Shown here: positions 40,069 to 54,660 of the stretch, piece after piece
How positions within the stretch are numbered: position 1 is the first letter of the stretch
Layout of the letters: the number at the start of each line of letters is the position of its first letter
From: Octopus vulgaris
Taxonomy: Eukaryota
NCBI GenBank assembly: GCA_951406725.2
Contig: OX597830.1
Coordinates: 13,454,001 to 13,518,000 of the forward strand
Reading direction: 5' to 3'
DNA: 64,000 nt
Made by a program: the position numbers and the translations under genes
Notes under the pieces: model-generated
Seen by the model: the letters and a program-made list of their open reading frames with translations, nothing else
Database searches by the model: none
What the model was told of the DNA's origin: nothing

Positions 40069-40099
<31 letters not shown>

Positions 40100-40769
40100 T
40101 ATATATAATACATCTCTGAACAAGGTATAGACAGTAGCTGCACGACAATGTGAAGTATATTTGCCACTTAAATGTGGCTACCCACTAAGGGTGGATGTTA
40201 CTGTAGCTTGTAGCCCCAGGAGAACATCTTCTCCAGCTGGCTATTGACACACTTTCTGTGCCCTATCAGTATTTGCAAAGGGAAGCCATCTTTCCCATCG
40301 TCGACCTGACGTGATACGCACCGACCCGGGTTTCTGAGTATTTACCCGTCGTCAGCGCACGACAATCACCGGCCATCGATGCGAAGGGGTCCCAATGCAA
40401 ATACATATATCCTTTTTCCAGTGACGAAAAGTCACAGATCTCGAAAAAAAGTGTAAACAAGCAATAATAGCTGTACGACGATGTATTTGCCATATATATT
40501 TGTGTTGAAACAGATATTCTTGTATTTCGGGATAGTAATTTTCTTTTTTGCCAAATAAACACAGGCCCTCTACATTTTCCTTCACTTATTTATTACTTTT
40601 CTTTATTATTTTAACTCAAGTCCATTGTCCGGAAATCTTTCGTCACACATCTGTGACCTCTTCAGCGGCACTTTTCCTTTTCGCGTGTGTTCTTGCTCCA
40701 CTTACACCATTATTTTTTATTTTCAAGATGTGTATCCTTACGTGCGAATGCGTTCGTGTCGTTGTTTCT

Positions 40770-40806
<37 letters not shown>

Positions 40807-41454
40807 ATTTGTGTGCGTGTGCATGTGCATGTGTGTGTATACTTGTGTGTGTGTCATATATTTTAGGAGCAGTGTGGACTTCCCCTCAGTCCTACCCTCT
40901 CAGCCCATTGTACTGCTGCTGTCCTAAGATCCCCCCCAAATATGGTACAGTTCATGTATTCTTATTTACATTATTTACATTATTTACATTCGACGGATAC
41001 TTGTCCTCATCTTGTTTGTTAACACAACGTTTCGGCTAATATACCCTCCAGCCTTCTTCAGGTGTCTTGAGGAAATTTCGAACCTGGGTTCTCATTCCTA
41101 AGGTATTTTTCGATGTTATCATTATTGAGTGAGAGAACAGTGCATGCCATCAAAGTGACACTGGGGTAAAATATACGAAGCCCAGTATATCCATCATGAA
41201 TACCCGTCTGATAAGGGTACACTAGGCACTTGCATCACAACCATATGTGCACGACATGGTGATCTCATATCAAGATAGCGCATGACCTTGCAGGTGGGGC
41301 CCAGTTAGAATTTTCTTCTGGTCGAGTAACCCATCTCGCTCAAAAGGTCTCTGAATAAGGGTTGTTTAAGGATGTTGAACGAAACACCCATGTTTCCAGA
41401 GGTGAATTATTCAAACCCCAAAGAATCCCTCTCAATACGTGTGTGTTCGTGTTT

Positions 41455-42012
41455 ATGTGTGTGTGTGTATGTGTGTAGGGAGCAGATTTCGAGCTATATT
41501 AGTTGTGTGCGAGTGAGAAAGTGAGGGAACGAATGAGAAAATAGTACAAGAAACCAAATGGAGAGAAAGAGAGCTATGAGAACGAAATATAGATTGGAAG
41601 AATAAGACTGAGAGAGAGAAAACGAAAGACAAGTTAAAAGGTGGGGGAGGGGTCAAGTGCAGGTAATACAAGCAGCAAAATGCATGTTGCACCGACATGC
41701 AGACATTCAGACAGAGAGACAGGTGAGTAAAGATAGGTAAATTTTCGACCACATTTTGACTGCAGTGGCAGACAATAGTAATGAAATAAGAACAACGATG
41801 AGGACACCAGATCCTATTGTTTTAGAAATAGCAGCAACATCAGGTGCAGTTGTTAATGCAATGATATCGGCAGCGGTAGTGGTTGATAAATTAGCAAAGT
41901 ATTGATTTCATTAATTGGCTCAAGTCTTTATATTTCTCAGGATGCGGTTTATTGTCAATTGAAAAAAACATGTAAGGTTTAACTCGTTGATTCTGAACCA
42001 TTTTTTGACTAT
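41455..42012 (-). repeat. Inverted copy of 33380-33950
   Basis: Colinear reverse-complement match to 33380-33950. Confidence 0.85.
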
Positions 42013-42149
42013 GATGCTGCCCCACTACTTCTGCTCGTGATCAGAGATGTACATATCGTCAGCCGCTAAGGGTCAAGCTCAATTGGTTAAGGTCAAACAA
42101 TTGACAAGCAAATCTGTGGTATCGAGCATAATACTTGCTGTAGCCCTTC

Positions 42150-42213
<64 letters not shown>

Positions 42214-42214
<1 letters not shown>

Positions 42215-43514
42215 TATGTTTGACTTTTGCTTTATGTCTGTACAAGTTGGCTCCAAGTCTCACCCAAAGACCTCAAGAGACAACAGGTTGGAAGTTCTGT
42301 GCCATATATTTGGATTTTTTTTGTTGTTTTTTGGTGTTGTACTAGTGAATGTCTAATACATAAAAATAAAAAATAAATAAATAAATAAATAAAAAAAATA
42401 AATAAAAAAATTTAAAAAATTAAAAATAAAAATAAAAATAAAAATAAATAAACAAAAAAGTTTGTTTTAAACCTTGGGATTACATAGAGAGTATTTTGCG
42501 TAGGATATGAGCAGTTCCCATGAGCACTATATTTTGAATTTCTGCCATTTTGGAGTTTCCTGGTATCTGAGTTAGCTATCATTCCCAGGGCACCTATGAC
42601 AACAGGTATTGTTTTAGTCTTCAGCTTCCACATTTTGCTGATTTCTATTTCAAGATCTTTATATTTGCTCAGTTTTTGGTAGGTCTTGACAGATACGTAT
42701 ATATCGATTGGGACAGTCATATCAATGAGGAGACATGTTCTTTGTCTGAAGTCTTTCAATATAATGTCTGGCCTATTTGCATCTATCTTCCTGTCAGTTT
42801 GAATGGTGAAGTTCCAGAGGAGTGAGATGTGGTCATTTTCAAGCACAGGAGGTGGATTGTGTTCCCACCAGTTGTTTTCATGGGGCAAATCCAGGTTTTT
42901 GCAAATTACCCTGTGAATATATTGTGCAGCTCTATCATGCCTTCTGAGGTACTCTGTAGGTGCTAGAAGACTGCATTTGGAGACAACATGGTCAATGGTT
43001 TCATTTTGTTGTCGGCATACACGACATGTTGGGCTACTGCCGTTCTTTAATATGTTGGCCTGGTAGTTTCTTGTTGGTAGGCATTGATCTTGAGCTGCTA
43101 TGATAAACCCCTCTGTTTCAGATTTTAAGCCAGAAGCCATTAGCCATTGATGGGTCAGGGCTTTGTCGATATCTGCATTATTCGCTCTCTTTGGGTATTT
43201 GCCATTGAGAGGTTTTCTTGCCATTTATTATTCAGAATATCTAAGGCCGCAGTTTTGGCACGGGTTTTCATGCGCCTAGCTTTTTCTGTGCTTGTTTCTT
43301 GTATATCTATCTCTAATTCCGAAATTGGTTGTATTCGGAATTCACTTAGATATTCCTTTGCCTGTTTTGTTACTGAGTATGATGCTTTCTTGTTTTCATG
43401 TTTTGAGACAAGTTTTAACATCCAGTCCTCAGAGTTTATCAGGTAGGTGTCTAGGCCAATTGTAGCAATCTTCATTGTTATTGCCAGTTGCAAAAGACCA
43501 CGCCCTCCCTCTTT
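42214..43514 (-). mobile_element. 5'-truncated R4/Dong-clade LINE (restriction-like endonuclease region + 3' UTR) within (TAA)n
   Basis: KEGGRGLLQL, LKSETEGFIIAAQDQ, CRVC..ETIDHVVSKC, RHD, RPDII, IDMTVP, KYKDL, PVVIGALG. Flanked on both sides by (ATT)n. Confidence 0.92.
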
Positions 43515-43537
43515 TATTATTATTATTATTATCATCA

Positions 43538-43664
<127 letters not shown>

Positions 43665-44193
43665 CCGTCAGGAACTGTACCATATTTTTGGAAGGTGGGG
43701 GTCATGGACAGCAGCAGTAGAATGGGGTGAGAGGATAGGGCTGAGGGGAAGTCCACACTGCTTCTAAAATCTATCACACACACACACACAACTATACACA
43801 CTCATACACACGTGCACACATAAACACACACACAACAAATATCTGTCGAATGTAAATAATGTAAATAATGTACATAATTCCTCATCTCTTAAATATAGAA
43901 CTGAGTTCCTGTATTCTTCTATGTACCTGTGTTCGCCCACGGTGTTGCCATCGTAGTAGTAGTAGTTGTTGTTGTTGTTATTGCTATCGTTGTCACGGCC
44001 GCTGCTGCTGTCTTTGTTAATTGTGTTGTTGACATTTTTATGGCCATCCATGAAATTTCTCGTATGTGTGTGTTTGTGTGTGTGTATGGGTTCGCTTCGT
44101 ATGATGTATGTATCCAAGCCCTTTATATAGTTTCATTTTATCTATCTCTATGTCCTATATGTATCACAGGTATGTGACGAATATATTTATTTC

Positions 44194-44234
<41 letters not shown>

Positions 44235-44415
44235 GTTAATCCAAACAAGAAAGCACAAAAAAAAAAACCACAACAGCGCCAGGATATGGAACAAATATAG
44301 TATTATTGGACGCCCAGGAAAGAAGGAGGGCTTAATGTTTCGAGCGGAGCTCTTCGTCGGAAACATAGGAGAAGGAAAGATCCAGAGAAGGGAAGACAGA
44401 GGGAAAAAATATCGC

Positions 44416-44463
<48 letters not shown>

Positions 44464-44545
44464 CCCAAAATGATACATAATTTAGAACAGCGAAAGTAAA
44501 AATAGCCCTTACAGATAAATTAATACAGTATATTTATATATATAT

Positions 44546-44588
<43 letters not shown>

Positions 44589-44589
44589 G

Positions 44590-45400
44590 ACAGCAGGTAT
44601 TTTTCTAATCTTCAGGTTACCGTTTACCAATTTCTATTTCAAGATCTTTATATTTGTTCAGTTTTTGATAGGTCTTGACAGATACATGTATGTCGATTGG
44701 GACAACCATGTCGATGAGAAGACAATTTTGTGTCTGAAACGAGCGAGATGTGATCATTTTCAGGCACAGGGGGTGGTTTGTGTTCCGTTCCTACGAGTTT
44801 TTATCATGGGGAGGTCCAGGCCCTTGCAGATTACCCAGTGAATATACTGTGCAATTCTGTCATGCATGTTGAGATACTCTGTGGGTAGCTTCTTGCAGGT
44901 AGGCATTGATCCTAGACTGCTGTGATAACCCCTTCTGCCTGTGGTTTTGAGCCAGAGGATGCGAACCATTGATGAGTAAAGGTTTTGTCAAGATCAGCAT
45001 TATTAGCTCCTTTTGGGTATTTACCATTGAGAGGTTTTTGTACGTTTAGCATTTTCTGTGCTTGTTTCCAGTAGATCTAATACTGGGATTTGCTGTACTT
45101 GGAACTCAGATATTTCCTGGTTTGTTACTGAGTGTGCAGTTTTCTTGTTTCTGAGCTTTGAGACAAGTTTTAGCATCCAGTCATCATAATTCTTCAGATA
45201 AGTGTTTAGGCCAATTGTGGCAAACCTCATTGTCAATTCAATTTGTAAGAGTCCACGAGCACCCTCTTTTATTGGCAAGTAAAGTCGTTCTACGTCTGCC
45301 TTTGGATGGTGCAACTTATTCACTGTCAACAATTTTCGAATTTTTTTCAATCAAGCTTATATATTTCAGTAATTGACCAATTAATATTGAAACGGCCGTT
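44590..45400 (-). pseudogene. Older, internally deleted R4/Dong fragment
   Basis: LHHPKADVERLYLPIKEGARGLLQIE and HDRIAQYIHWVICK; colinear with 42640-43510. Confidence 0.85.
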
Positions 45401-45530
45401 ATGACTAAAAATCGCTTCGATTTTATTATTTCGTTTATTATCGTTATCATTATTATTTTTTGTTATAGTTACCATTCTCCTTCCCTTCCTTCTCCTCAGC
45501 CTCCTCCCCTCCTTGACTTGAACTTCGATA

Positions 45531-45925
45531 TACTCTACTCTTTTACTTGTTTCAGTCATTTGACTGCGGCCATGATGGAGCACCGCCTTTAATCGAGCAA
45601 ATCGACCCCGGGACTTATTCTTTGTAAGCCCAGTACTTATTCTATCGGTCTTTTGCCGAACCGCTAAGTGACGGGGACGTAAACACACCAGCATCGGTTG
45701 TCAAGCAACGCTAGGGGAACAAACACAGACATACAAACACACACACAAATACATATATACATATATACGACAGGCTTCTTTCAGTTTCCGTCTACCAAAT
45801 CCACTCACAAAGCATTGGTCGGACCGGGGCTATAGCAGAAGACACTTGCCCAAAGATGCCACGCAGTGGGACTGAACCCGGAACCATGTGGTTAGTTAGC
45901 AAGCTACTTACCACACAGCCACTCC
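45531..45925 (-). mobile_element. SINE family B, full length
   Basis: Colinear with 724-1133. Confidence 0.88.
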
Positions 45926-46308
45926 TCATTTGAATTTTTATTTTATTTTTGATTAAAATATAACCAACCAGATTAGCATCAGTGCTATGATTTCCATTTA
46001 TTTCTAGCATTCGCATATTTATAATCGTAATTAGTACCGCCACTATACATTCTCTAGGATAACAATATCCTTCACAAGGTACAGTCAGATTTGTTACTTT
46101 TTCATTACAAGAAACAGTATTGCTATTAATTATGTCTTGGTTATTGCCTTCCACTTATTATTTTCTTTGGTTAATTTCTTTATTCTAAATAGCATTCCTT
46201 GAGGAACAGGGAAAATTCATAGAATTTGGCTGCCCATACATACATACATACATACATACATACATACATACATACATACATACATACATACATACATACA
46301 TACATACA

Positions 46309-46372
<64 letters not shown>

Positions 46373-46588
46373 ATAAAATATTAGGGAATAAATCCAAACT
46401 TACAGGGAAAAATCAGATTTAAGATTAAATCCAATTTTATAGTATAAATATATTATATTATATTATATTAAATTAGAGGTAAAACCACTATTAGGCAAAT
46501 CAAACAATGAAAAACATAAGCCAATACATAAAATTAATTTAATTTATATTATTTTAAATATATATCAAAAGTATTAAAAGTTTAATAC

Positions 46589-46636
<48 letters not shown>

Positions 46637-46639
46637 GTC

Positions 46640-47035
46640 TGCAAATATAATATGCGATAATTATTCGTAGCCATGATAAAACTCCGAGTTTTGGATGCCG
46701 GGGCGGAAACGCCGTCATCTCTTCAGTTATCGGGCCATCGGAAAAAATGCTATGAAAATGACCGTTAAACAAAAGGAAATTACTGTGTGATTGACCATTT
46801 TTAAGACAAAAGAGCTTAGAATGACCGTTAAGTAAGGGGAGGGTCAGTCTAATAGCTCTTTTGTCTTAATAACGGTCAATTACACAGCAATTTCCCTTTG
46901 TTTAACGGTCATTTTCATAGCATTGTTTTCGATGGCCAGATAACTGAAGAGATGCCGGCGTGGGTTTCCACCTCGGCATCCGAAACTCGGAGTCTTATCA
47001 TGGCTACCGAATAATTGTCACATATTACATTTACA
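46640..47035. repeat. Imperfect inverted repeat (~180-bp arms), Penelope-like terminal repeat
   Basis: 46640-46820 is the reverse complement of 46848-47035 with scattered mismatches; both arms carry the hammerhead motif (left one mutated). Confidence 0.8.
46933..47006 (+). ncRNA. Type I hammerhead ribozyme in the right arm of an inverted repeat
   Basis: GAUAA-CUGAAGA-GAUGCCG...CGGCAUC-C-GAAAC-UCGGA-GUC-UUAUC. Stem I extends via UGGCCA/UGGCUA; one extra C precedes GAAA. Confidence 0.7.
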
Positions 47036-47130
47036 GATAAATTCCTCTATTTACATAATATCGTGGTCTCTTTCATTCTTTTGTTGTCTTACCATTTCTA
47101 TCAATATATGTGTGTGTGTGTGTGCGTATA

Positions 47131-47402
47131 GTGGAGGCACATGGCGGACTCGCGGTCGAGGGATCGCGGGTTCGAATCTCTGACCGGGCGATGTGTGTGT
47201 TTATGAGAGAAACACCTCCGGCAGAAGGTAATGGTGAACTTCTGCTGACTCTTTCACCACAACTTTCTCTCATTCCTTCCTCCTGCATCTTGCAGCTCAC
47301 CTGCGACGGACCGGCGTCCCGTCCAGGTGAGGAACCTATGCGCCAAGGAAACCGGGAAACCGCCCCTAATGAGCCAGGCGTGGCTCGAGAAGGAATAAAC
47401 AA
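47131..47402 (+). mobile_element. SINE family C, fourth tail type
   Basis: Partial head GCGGACTCGCGGTC...GGTTCGAATC, body CTCTTTCACCACAACTTTCTCTCA, tail CCTGCGACGGACCGGCGTCCCGTCCAGG. Confidence 0.75.
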
Positions 47403-47413
47403 TATATATGTGA

Positions 47414-47467
<54 letters not shown>

Positions 47468-47583
47468 TCGATTGTGAATTAAACGCACCTTTAGTGTTGT
47501 AAACATTATCGACCGCACATACTGAATGTATTTTACCGCACCGTACCGGCGAACAAGCAAAACATATTATGTGTAGTCGATAA

Positions 47584-48046
<463 letters not shown>

Positions 48047-48695
48047 CCGTATTCATAAATGATTCGTAATTTTAGGAATACTCGCTGAGCACTTTTGGCG
48101 AAAAGTAAACATGTTAAGATTTTGGCGTAGTCTGTGACGCCCTTGTGTGTCTTCTGGAAAAACTTATTCCCGGGAAATTAACTCCATGTTGAGTATTTTG
48201 AATTTGTGATCATCTACGATTCTGCTTCATTTGTTTGGACATGTAAGAGTGCGTTTTCCAGCTCTCTTCTATAAAACCCCAGTGAGTGTTTGTCACAAAA
48301 GGATTGTTCTTCTTTACGCTTTCTCATGATAGATATAATTCTCGAAACAGAATGTTCTCTATCGGAATCTAACATCACGCGTATTTTCTTTACATCATAT
48401 GCAAAACTTTAACTCTTCCCGACTCTTCTCTCACTCTATAGACATCACTGCCCAAAATGTGTCAGTATTTTATGAGTATATATATTAAGCAAATCTGGTG
48501 AAAAAATACCTCGTTAGAACTAGCGATAGTTTACTTTATATACTAAATGTGTCCTATTATATACATCTCCCCATGTTCTTATGCACATTTATGTACATTG
48601 ATATAACCATGAAAATATATTTGTTTACACATATATATTTGTGTGTATGTGTGTATATGTGTATGTATGTATATGAGTGTGTGTGTGTGTGTGTG

Positions 48696-48740
<45 letters not shown>

Positions 48741-49262
48741 TATACATTTATATATATATATACATATATATACTTATGCATATACATTTAATATACATTA
48801 AAAAGTATAGTAAAAGAATATCAATACTAGTTTAATAAGTTAATTTCCTACATCCTTTCAATAATGCAATATTGGTGCGTCTCTGTGCAACGGTTGCATA
48901 AAACAATCACGGAGCCTATAACATAATGAACTGGAAAGAATTGTTTCAGTGGCGGATTTTGTAAGGAAAAATAAGTGTGAAGGATCAAGATGCATAATAC
49001 TTAACACATATATCTGGTTCATAAATAAAGAGATAATTAGGTTGATAGTATCAAATGTATGTCGTTATACTATTCATAGATACATATATACAAAGAACAA
49101 AACAAATCGCTATATATATATATATATATATATCTTTGTATATAAGCATACATATACTCACACCTCTCTCTCTCCTCACACACACATGCATTAATATCTA
49201 TATACTTATGCATATATATGCACACATATGTACGCATAATATATCCATCTATTTATCCATAT

Positions 49263-49323
<61 letters not shown>

Positions 49324-49559
49324 CATATATGTATGCATATATTTGTTTGTACCCCCACACACACGCATACACATATATATATATATATATATTGCACATG
49401 CATCGAAGGTACAGATATACAACAAGATGAGGTGCAACAGATGTGCGCAGCCTCTTACAGACATCACATTACAGCAACACTTCCCTTTGTGCAACTCTTT
49501 TCAGTTGACTGAAAGAAACGACAATTATGTTTAGCAATGCGTCTACCAGATTCAGCCCC

Positions 49560-50195
49560 ACCAAAGTAGAAAACGGTAGAAAGTCCCACAGCAAAAACAG
49601 CAGGGATACCAACACATAACAATTTTGGCAGGTGGGTTCCAAGTAATATAAAGCAACCAACTTCTTCCTCAAGATGATTCATTGGCAGGGCTGGGAGACA
49701 TCTTGAGGAAGAATTTGATCAATCTTCGCAGAGTAGAAAGGTACAGAGGACGAAGGAGAAAAATGGCAAATGAGCGTTTAGCCCTCATCTCTAACCTTTT
49801 TGGCTTTACAAAGAAACTACTTGCAGAAAAGCAAAGTGGCACCTCGGGTATTCAGTTGAAGAAGTAAACACCTTTGTCTACAAAACACATTTGGTGACCC
49901 TGCAAGGGAGCAGGAACTCGGCCAATACAAAAAGTTCATATGTCCAATGACCAAGTTTAATATAAGTGATACCAACTGGAAGGAAGGTCAGGAAGTCGTT
50001 AAGGCAGCCAGGTTACCCTTTGCTTCGCGGCTCAGTAGAGCACAAAATCTATAAACGTTGACTGAGATTCCATCAATAACTGAGGAATATGCCAAAAGCG
50101 ATCTGTTGCAGATAAAGGGCTGCCAACCAGTCGAAATAAGCCGAGAGTATTTACGTCCCTCGGCAGGAGAATTCGAAAAAAATTGATCAGTCCCA
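49560..50195 (+). pseudogene. Decayed RLE-type LINE fragment, HERO-like, region upstream of the RT
   Basis: LRRVERYRGRRRK..NLFGFTKKLLAEKQSG, WKEGQEVVKAAR and AESIYVPRQENSKKIDQ resemble HERO-clade ORFs (recognised from memory, not searched). Confidence 0.55.
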
Positions 50196-50483
50196 ATGCT
50201 CCCTTCGCGTTTTGATCCATTTGAGGATGACTGAGCCGACAGCTCAACAGGTTCGCCTGCGAAGATATTTGACTTAGCAATGAGAAATTAGTCTTTTGAG
50301 ATTTCCGCTCAGCTGACCACTTAATCCAACAACTCTTGATATTCGTTTAAGATTCCCACTTCTCGTTCCAAGAGAGAACTGTCGCTCATCTTATTTCTTA
50401 CACTTGGGTGTAAATTCTATCACATTTCGTTCCTAAACTGGACTTTCTCCCAATTCTTACTCCGAATTACACGCCTTATTTTT

Positions 50484-50893
50484 TTGCAGCCTCATCTCCG
50501 TCCACACCTTACCTTCCTCTCCATCTTTGCAGCCTCATCTCCGTCCACACCTCGCCTTCCTCTCCACCTTTGCTCTTCCTTTGCAGCCTCATCTCCGTCC
50601 ACACCTCGCCTTCCTCTCCATCTTTGCTCTTCCTTTGCAGCCTCATCTCCGTCCACACCTCGCCTTCCTCTCCATCTTTGCTCTTCCTTTGCAGCCTCAT
50701 CTCCGTCCACATCTCGCCTTCCTCTCCACCTTTGCTCTTCCTTTGCAGCCTCATCTCCGTCCACACCTCGCCTTCCTCTCCACCTTTGCTCTTCCTTTGC
50801 AGCCTCATCTCCGTCCACACCTCGCCTTCCTCTCCACCTTTGCTCTTCCTTTGCAGCCTCATCTCCGTCCACACCTCGCCTTCCTCTCCACCT
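50484..50893. repeat. 54-bp pyrimidine-rich minisatellite, about 7.5 copies
   Basis: Unit TTGCAGCCTCATCTCCGTCCACACCTCGCCTTCCTCTCCACCTTTGCTCTTCCT; first unit is 43 bp. Confidence 0.95.
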
Positions 50894-51409
50894 TCGTGTG
50901 TACATTCTCCACATGCACACAACTGAATACACCTGCCTTCAGTCACTTCTTCCTGTCGTACAACCACACAATTTTCTTGTACATGTATAAACTTAAATAC
51001 ACGTACGTTTAATCAAGCTTGCCTGTCTTAAACACACATACAACACATCAGGATACAGATACATACATACTCCAAGGCTCATTACACATTCACAGCCTCC
51101 CGTGTCTCCGTCAGATATTTTTCTTCTTCATTGCTGTATGTGTATACCAATGCCTTGCCTTCACTTTCTAATATCTATTTTATTTCCCTTTTCTCAGAGA
51201 CTGCACCACCTTCTCCTGCTTCTAACCTTCTCCGACTCTATATTAATATTCACAGTTTGTTCATCTCGACTCAGAATTGGATCTCAAATTTGTTGTCATC
51301 CAAGTTCAACAGTTAGCATATCGAACATGTTTAACTGTATGTCCCCACCCCGCAAACATTATTTAAGCACATTTTTGCTTTGCTTTATGCGATATATATA
51401 TATGTACTG

Positions 51410-51776
51410 TTTTATTCTTTTATTTGTTTTAGCTATTTGACTGGAGCACCGCCTTTTAGTCGAAGAAATCGGCTACAGGACTTATTCTTTGTAAGCCTTG
51501 TAGTTATACTATCGATTTCTTTTACCGAACTACTAAGTTACATGTATGTAAACACAGCAGCATCGGTTATCAAACGATGGTGGAGAGGAGAAACACAGAC
51601 ACAAAGACACACACGTGGCTGTGTGGTAAGTAGCTTCTTTACCAACCACATGGTTCCGGGTTCAGTCCCACTGCGTGGTACCTTGGGCAAGTGTCTTCTA
51701 CTATAGCCTCGGGCCGACCAAAGCCTTATGAGTGGATTTGGTAGACGTAAAATGAAAGAAGCCTGTCGTATATATG

Positions 51777-51849
<73 letters not shown>

Positions 51850-52229
51850 TTGTTCCCCTCAACATCTCTTGACAACCGATGCTGGTGTGTTTACATCTCC
51901 GTAATTTAGCGGTTCGGCAAAAGAGACCGATAGAATAAGTACTAGGCTTACAAAGAATAAGTCCTGGGGTCGATTTCCTCGACTAAAGGCGGTGCTCCAG
52001 CATGGCAGCAGTCAAATGACTGAAACTAGTAGAAGAGTAGAAGAGAGTATATATATATATATGTAGACATAGCTACGACGGACTTCTTTCAGTTTCCAGC
52101 TACGAATACCACTCACAAGGCTTTGGTGGGCCCGAGGCTATAGTAGAAGACACATGTGAAAGGTGTCACGCAGTGGGAATGAAAACTGAACCATGTGGTT
52201 TGGAAGCAAGCTTCTTATCACACAGCCAC
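51410..52229. mobile_element. SINE family B (+, ~51615-52047) nested in the internal microsatellite of an older family B copy (-)
   Basis: The minus-strand tail half (51410-51614) and head half (52048-52229) flank a complete plus-strand copy. Confidence 0.82.
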
Positions 52230-52230
52230 A

Positions 52231-52309
<79 letters not shown>

Positions 52310-54544
52310 TGTATGTATGTATGTATGTGTGTGTGTGTATGTTATTTTTTCCTTTTATCTTGATTTTATTTTGTTAATTATGTTACCTTCATTTATCGAA
52401 TATTTGAAATGGTTTGTGATATGGAAAGTAAGTTCTATCAATCAGTTTTCGAGAATAAAATCTGTGTCACGTTTTGAACTTCTGAAAAGTGCTTATATAC
52501 TTTCAGTATTCTTATTTTACTGATTTTTATTTCAAAGTGCGTATCATTAGATGTTCAATTTCTTCTAAATTGAACTTTTTATATTGTCACTTAAACATTT
52601 ATTGCGGTAACATAGCTGAGTGCACCAAAAAGTGTATGTATAAATGAGAATTATATTTCGGTAGAGAATCTGCTGGTTTCGATCTTGTTGGTGAACGTAT
52701 GTTTGCATTTCAGGCCAAATGATTTTTAGGATTGAATATATTTCACTTTAGTTCTGAAGACCTATATCAAAACCTGTTACTTGTGCACCTGACAGAAGGC
52801 TTAATGACAATGTTCCCCTATTATTTCTTGCTTGAGTAATCAACAACACGAAATCTATATTTTTCTCAGTGTAATCGTTCCAACGGTTCATGGTGTATGT
52901 TTTAGCAGCATTGGATATGCCTTATCGTTTTGGGCAGCTGCTGATCACATTGGAAATATCTTCCTCATAAATGTGACGTAATCGATATTGATATTATATC
53001 TTGGGCTTTTAAAAGATCCACTTCAGACAAAATGTTTTGCGGCATTTCGTCCGTCTTAATGTTCTGAGTTCAAACTCCTCCGAGGTCGACTTTGCCTTCC
53101 ATCCTTTCGCGGCCGGTAGTCAAGCCAAGAAAGAAAGATCATGCTTGGCCGAACACCGGTCAAGTGGAAGGAAAGAAGAGAGGTAGGGAGCAGAGGGAGT
53201 GAAGAATTAGAGGGAGAACGAGAAAGAGAGAAAATCAAAAGGACATAGAGAAGGTACAAGTGAACTAAACGAGGAAAAATAGGTAGATTAAAAAAAAGAA
53301 GGCCTAGAAATGTGAGAGAGGAGGAGCGAGAGAAAGAAAAGGGGAAAAAACAAGAAAGTATGAGGGGCGTTAAAAGAAAGAGTAAAAGCGATCAGACTAG
53401 GTGAAAGCTGTTACAGTAAGCCCGACCGCCCTTTTCAGGAGGAAATGGTCATACATATATACATACATGCGTACATAATATAATTATGCATACTTCTTCA
53501 GTTGTCTAGTATATCGTCAAATGTTCTCGGAATATGAAATCGAACATTTCATAAAAGCTACGAAAATGAAGGAATTGGTTCGAAAGTCGGAGAGGTTCCC
53601 GAATACCACAGGTCCTTGGATAATAACGGTAATCACAACTGCCGACGCAGATGAGAATACTTATCTAAATATACCAGTAGGAAAAGAACGATAACTCCTC
53701 GTCTTAGAAACTGAGGTTACCTAACTACCTGCCTACATATGTACGCACGTACGTAATTACCTAGCTACCTACCTTCCTACCTACCTACATGCCTCTGTCT
53801 GTCTGCCCGTCTGCCTGTCTGCCTCCCTCTCCTTCTATCTCTTTCTCTCTCTCTCTCTATCTATGTGTGTGTAACCGTTAAAACAGCTTTATGTATATAA
53901 ACATTTTCCATACCTTGATACTTATATTTACGTGGATAGAAACATTTTTATATGAAGAATATTTCAGATAATATATATATATACATATATACATATATCC
54001 GTTCTGTCTGTCTGTGTGTGTGTCTTCTAGGATTTCGGGCATCCTCCATCAGATTGCGCTCAAATTTGATATGTAGATACCGACGGTATCTACGTGTGTA
54101 TAAGTCTTGAAAATATTACAAAAATCGATTCCAGGTGAGAATGCGATCGATAAAGCCGTGGGACGTGCATTTGTACGCGCAAATACATCAGCTGTTGCGA
54201 TCGATACTACATATATATATATGTATGTATTAAATATTTAATTCTAGCATTCTCAAATTTATATTTGAAATTCTGCACTATTGAGGTGAAATAAGTAAGT
54301 AAATATAACTATTAATTTAATCCAGAAACGCGTATGTAGCTAATCTAAGTCCTGTGGATTCGTTATTTTTTCTCTTTGCCTACGTAAAAAAAAGTGTTAT
54401 TGTCTTGAGGTATTTATGGTAGCGGAATGGTATTCTAATTGCTATTTCTAAATTCGGTACGTGGCGAAGCAATTAGCTGACCTCTGATTATAATTATACT
54501 TATAATTATAGAATATTTGTAAACATAGATATATATAATACATC

Positions 54545-54602
<58 letters not shown>

Positions 54603-54660
54603 CGCATGTGTGTATGTGGGTACACGCGCAGCTAAACAGAAAAAATTCCCTATATATATA

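Noticed and set aside
50484-50893. CRISPR-like regular repeat
   Set aside because: Units are contiguous with no unique spacers, the context is eukaryotic and there are no cas genes.
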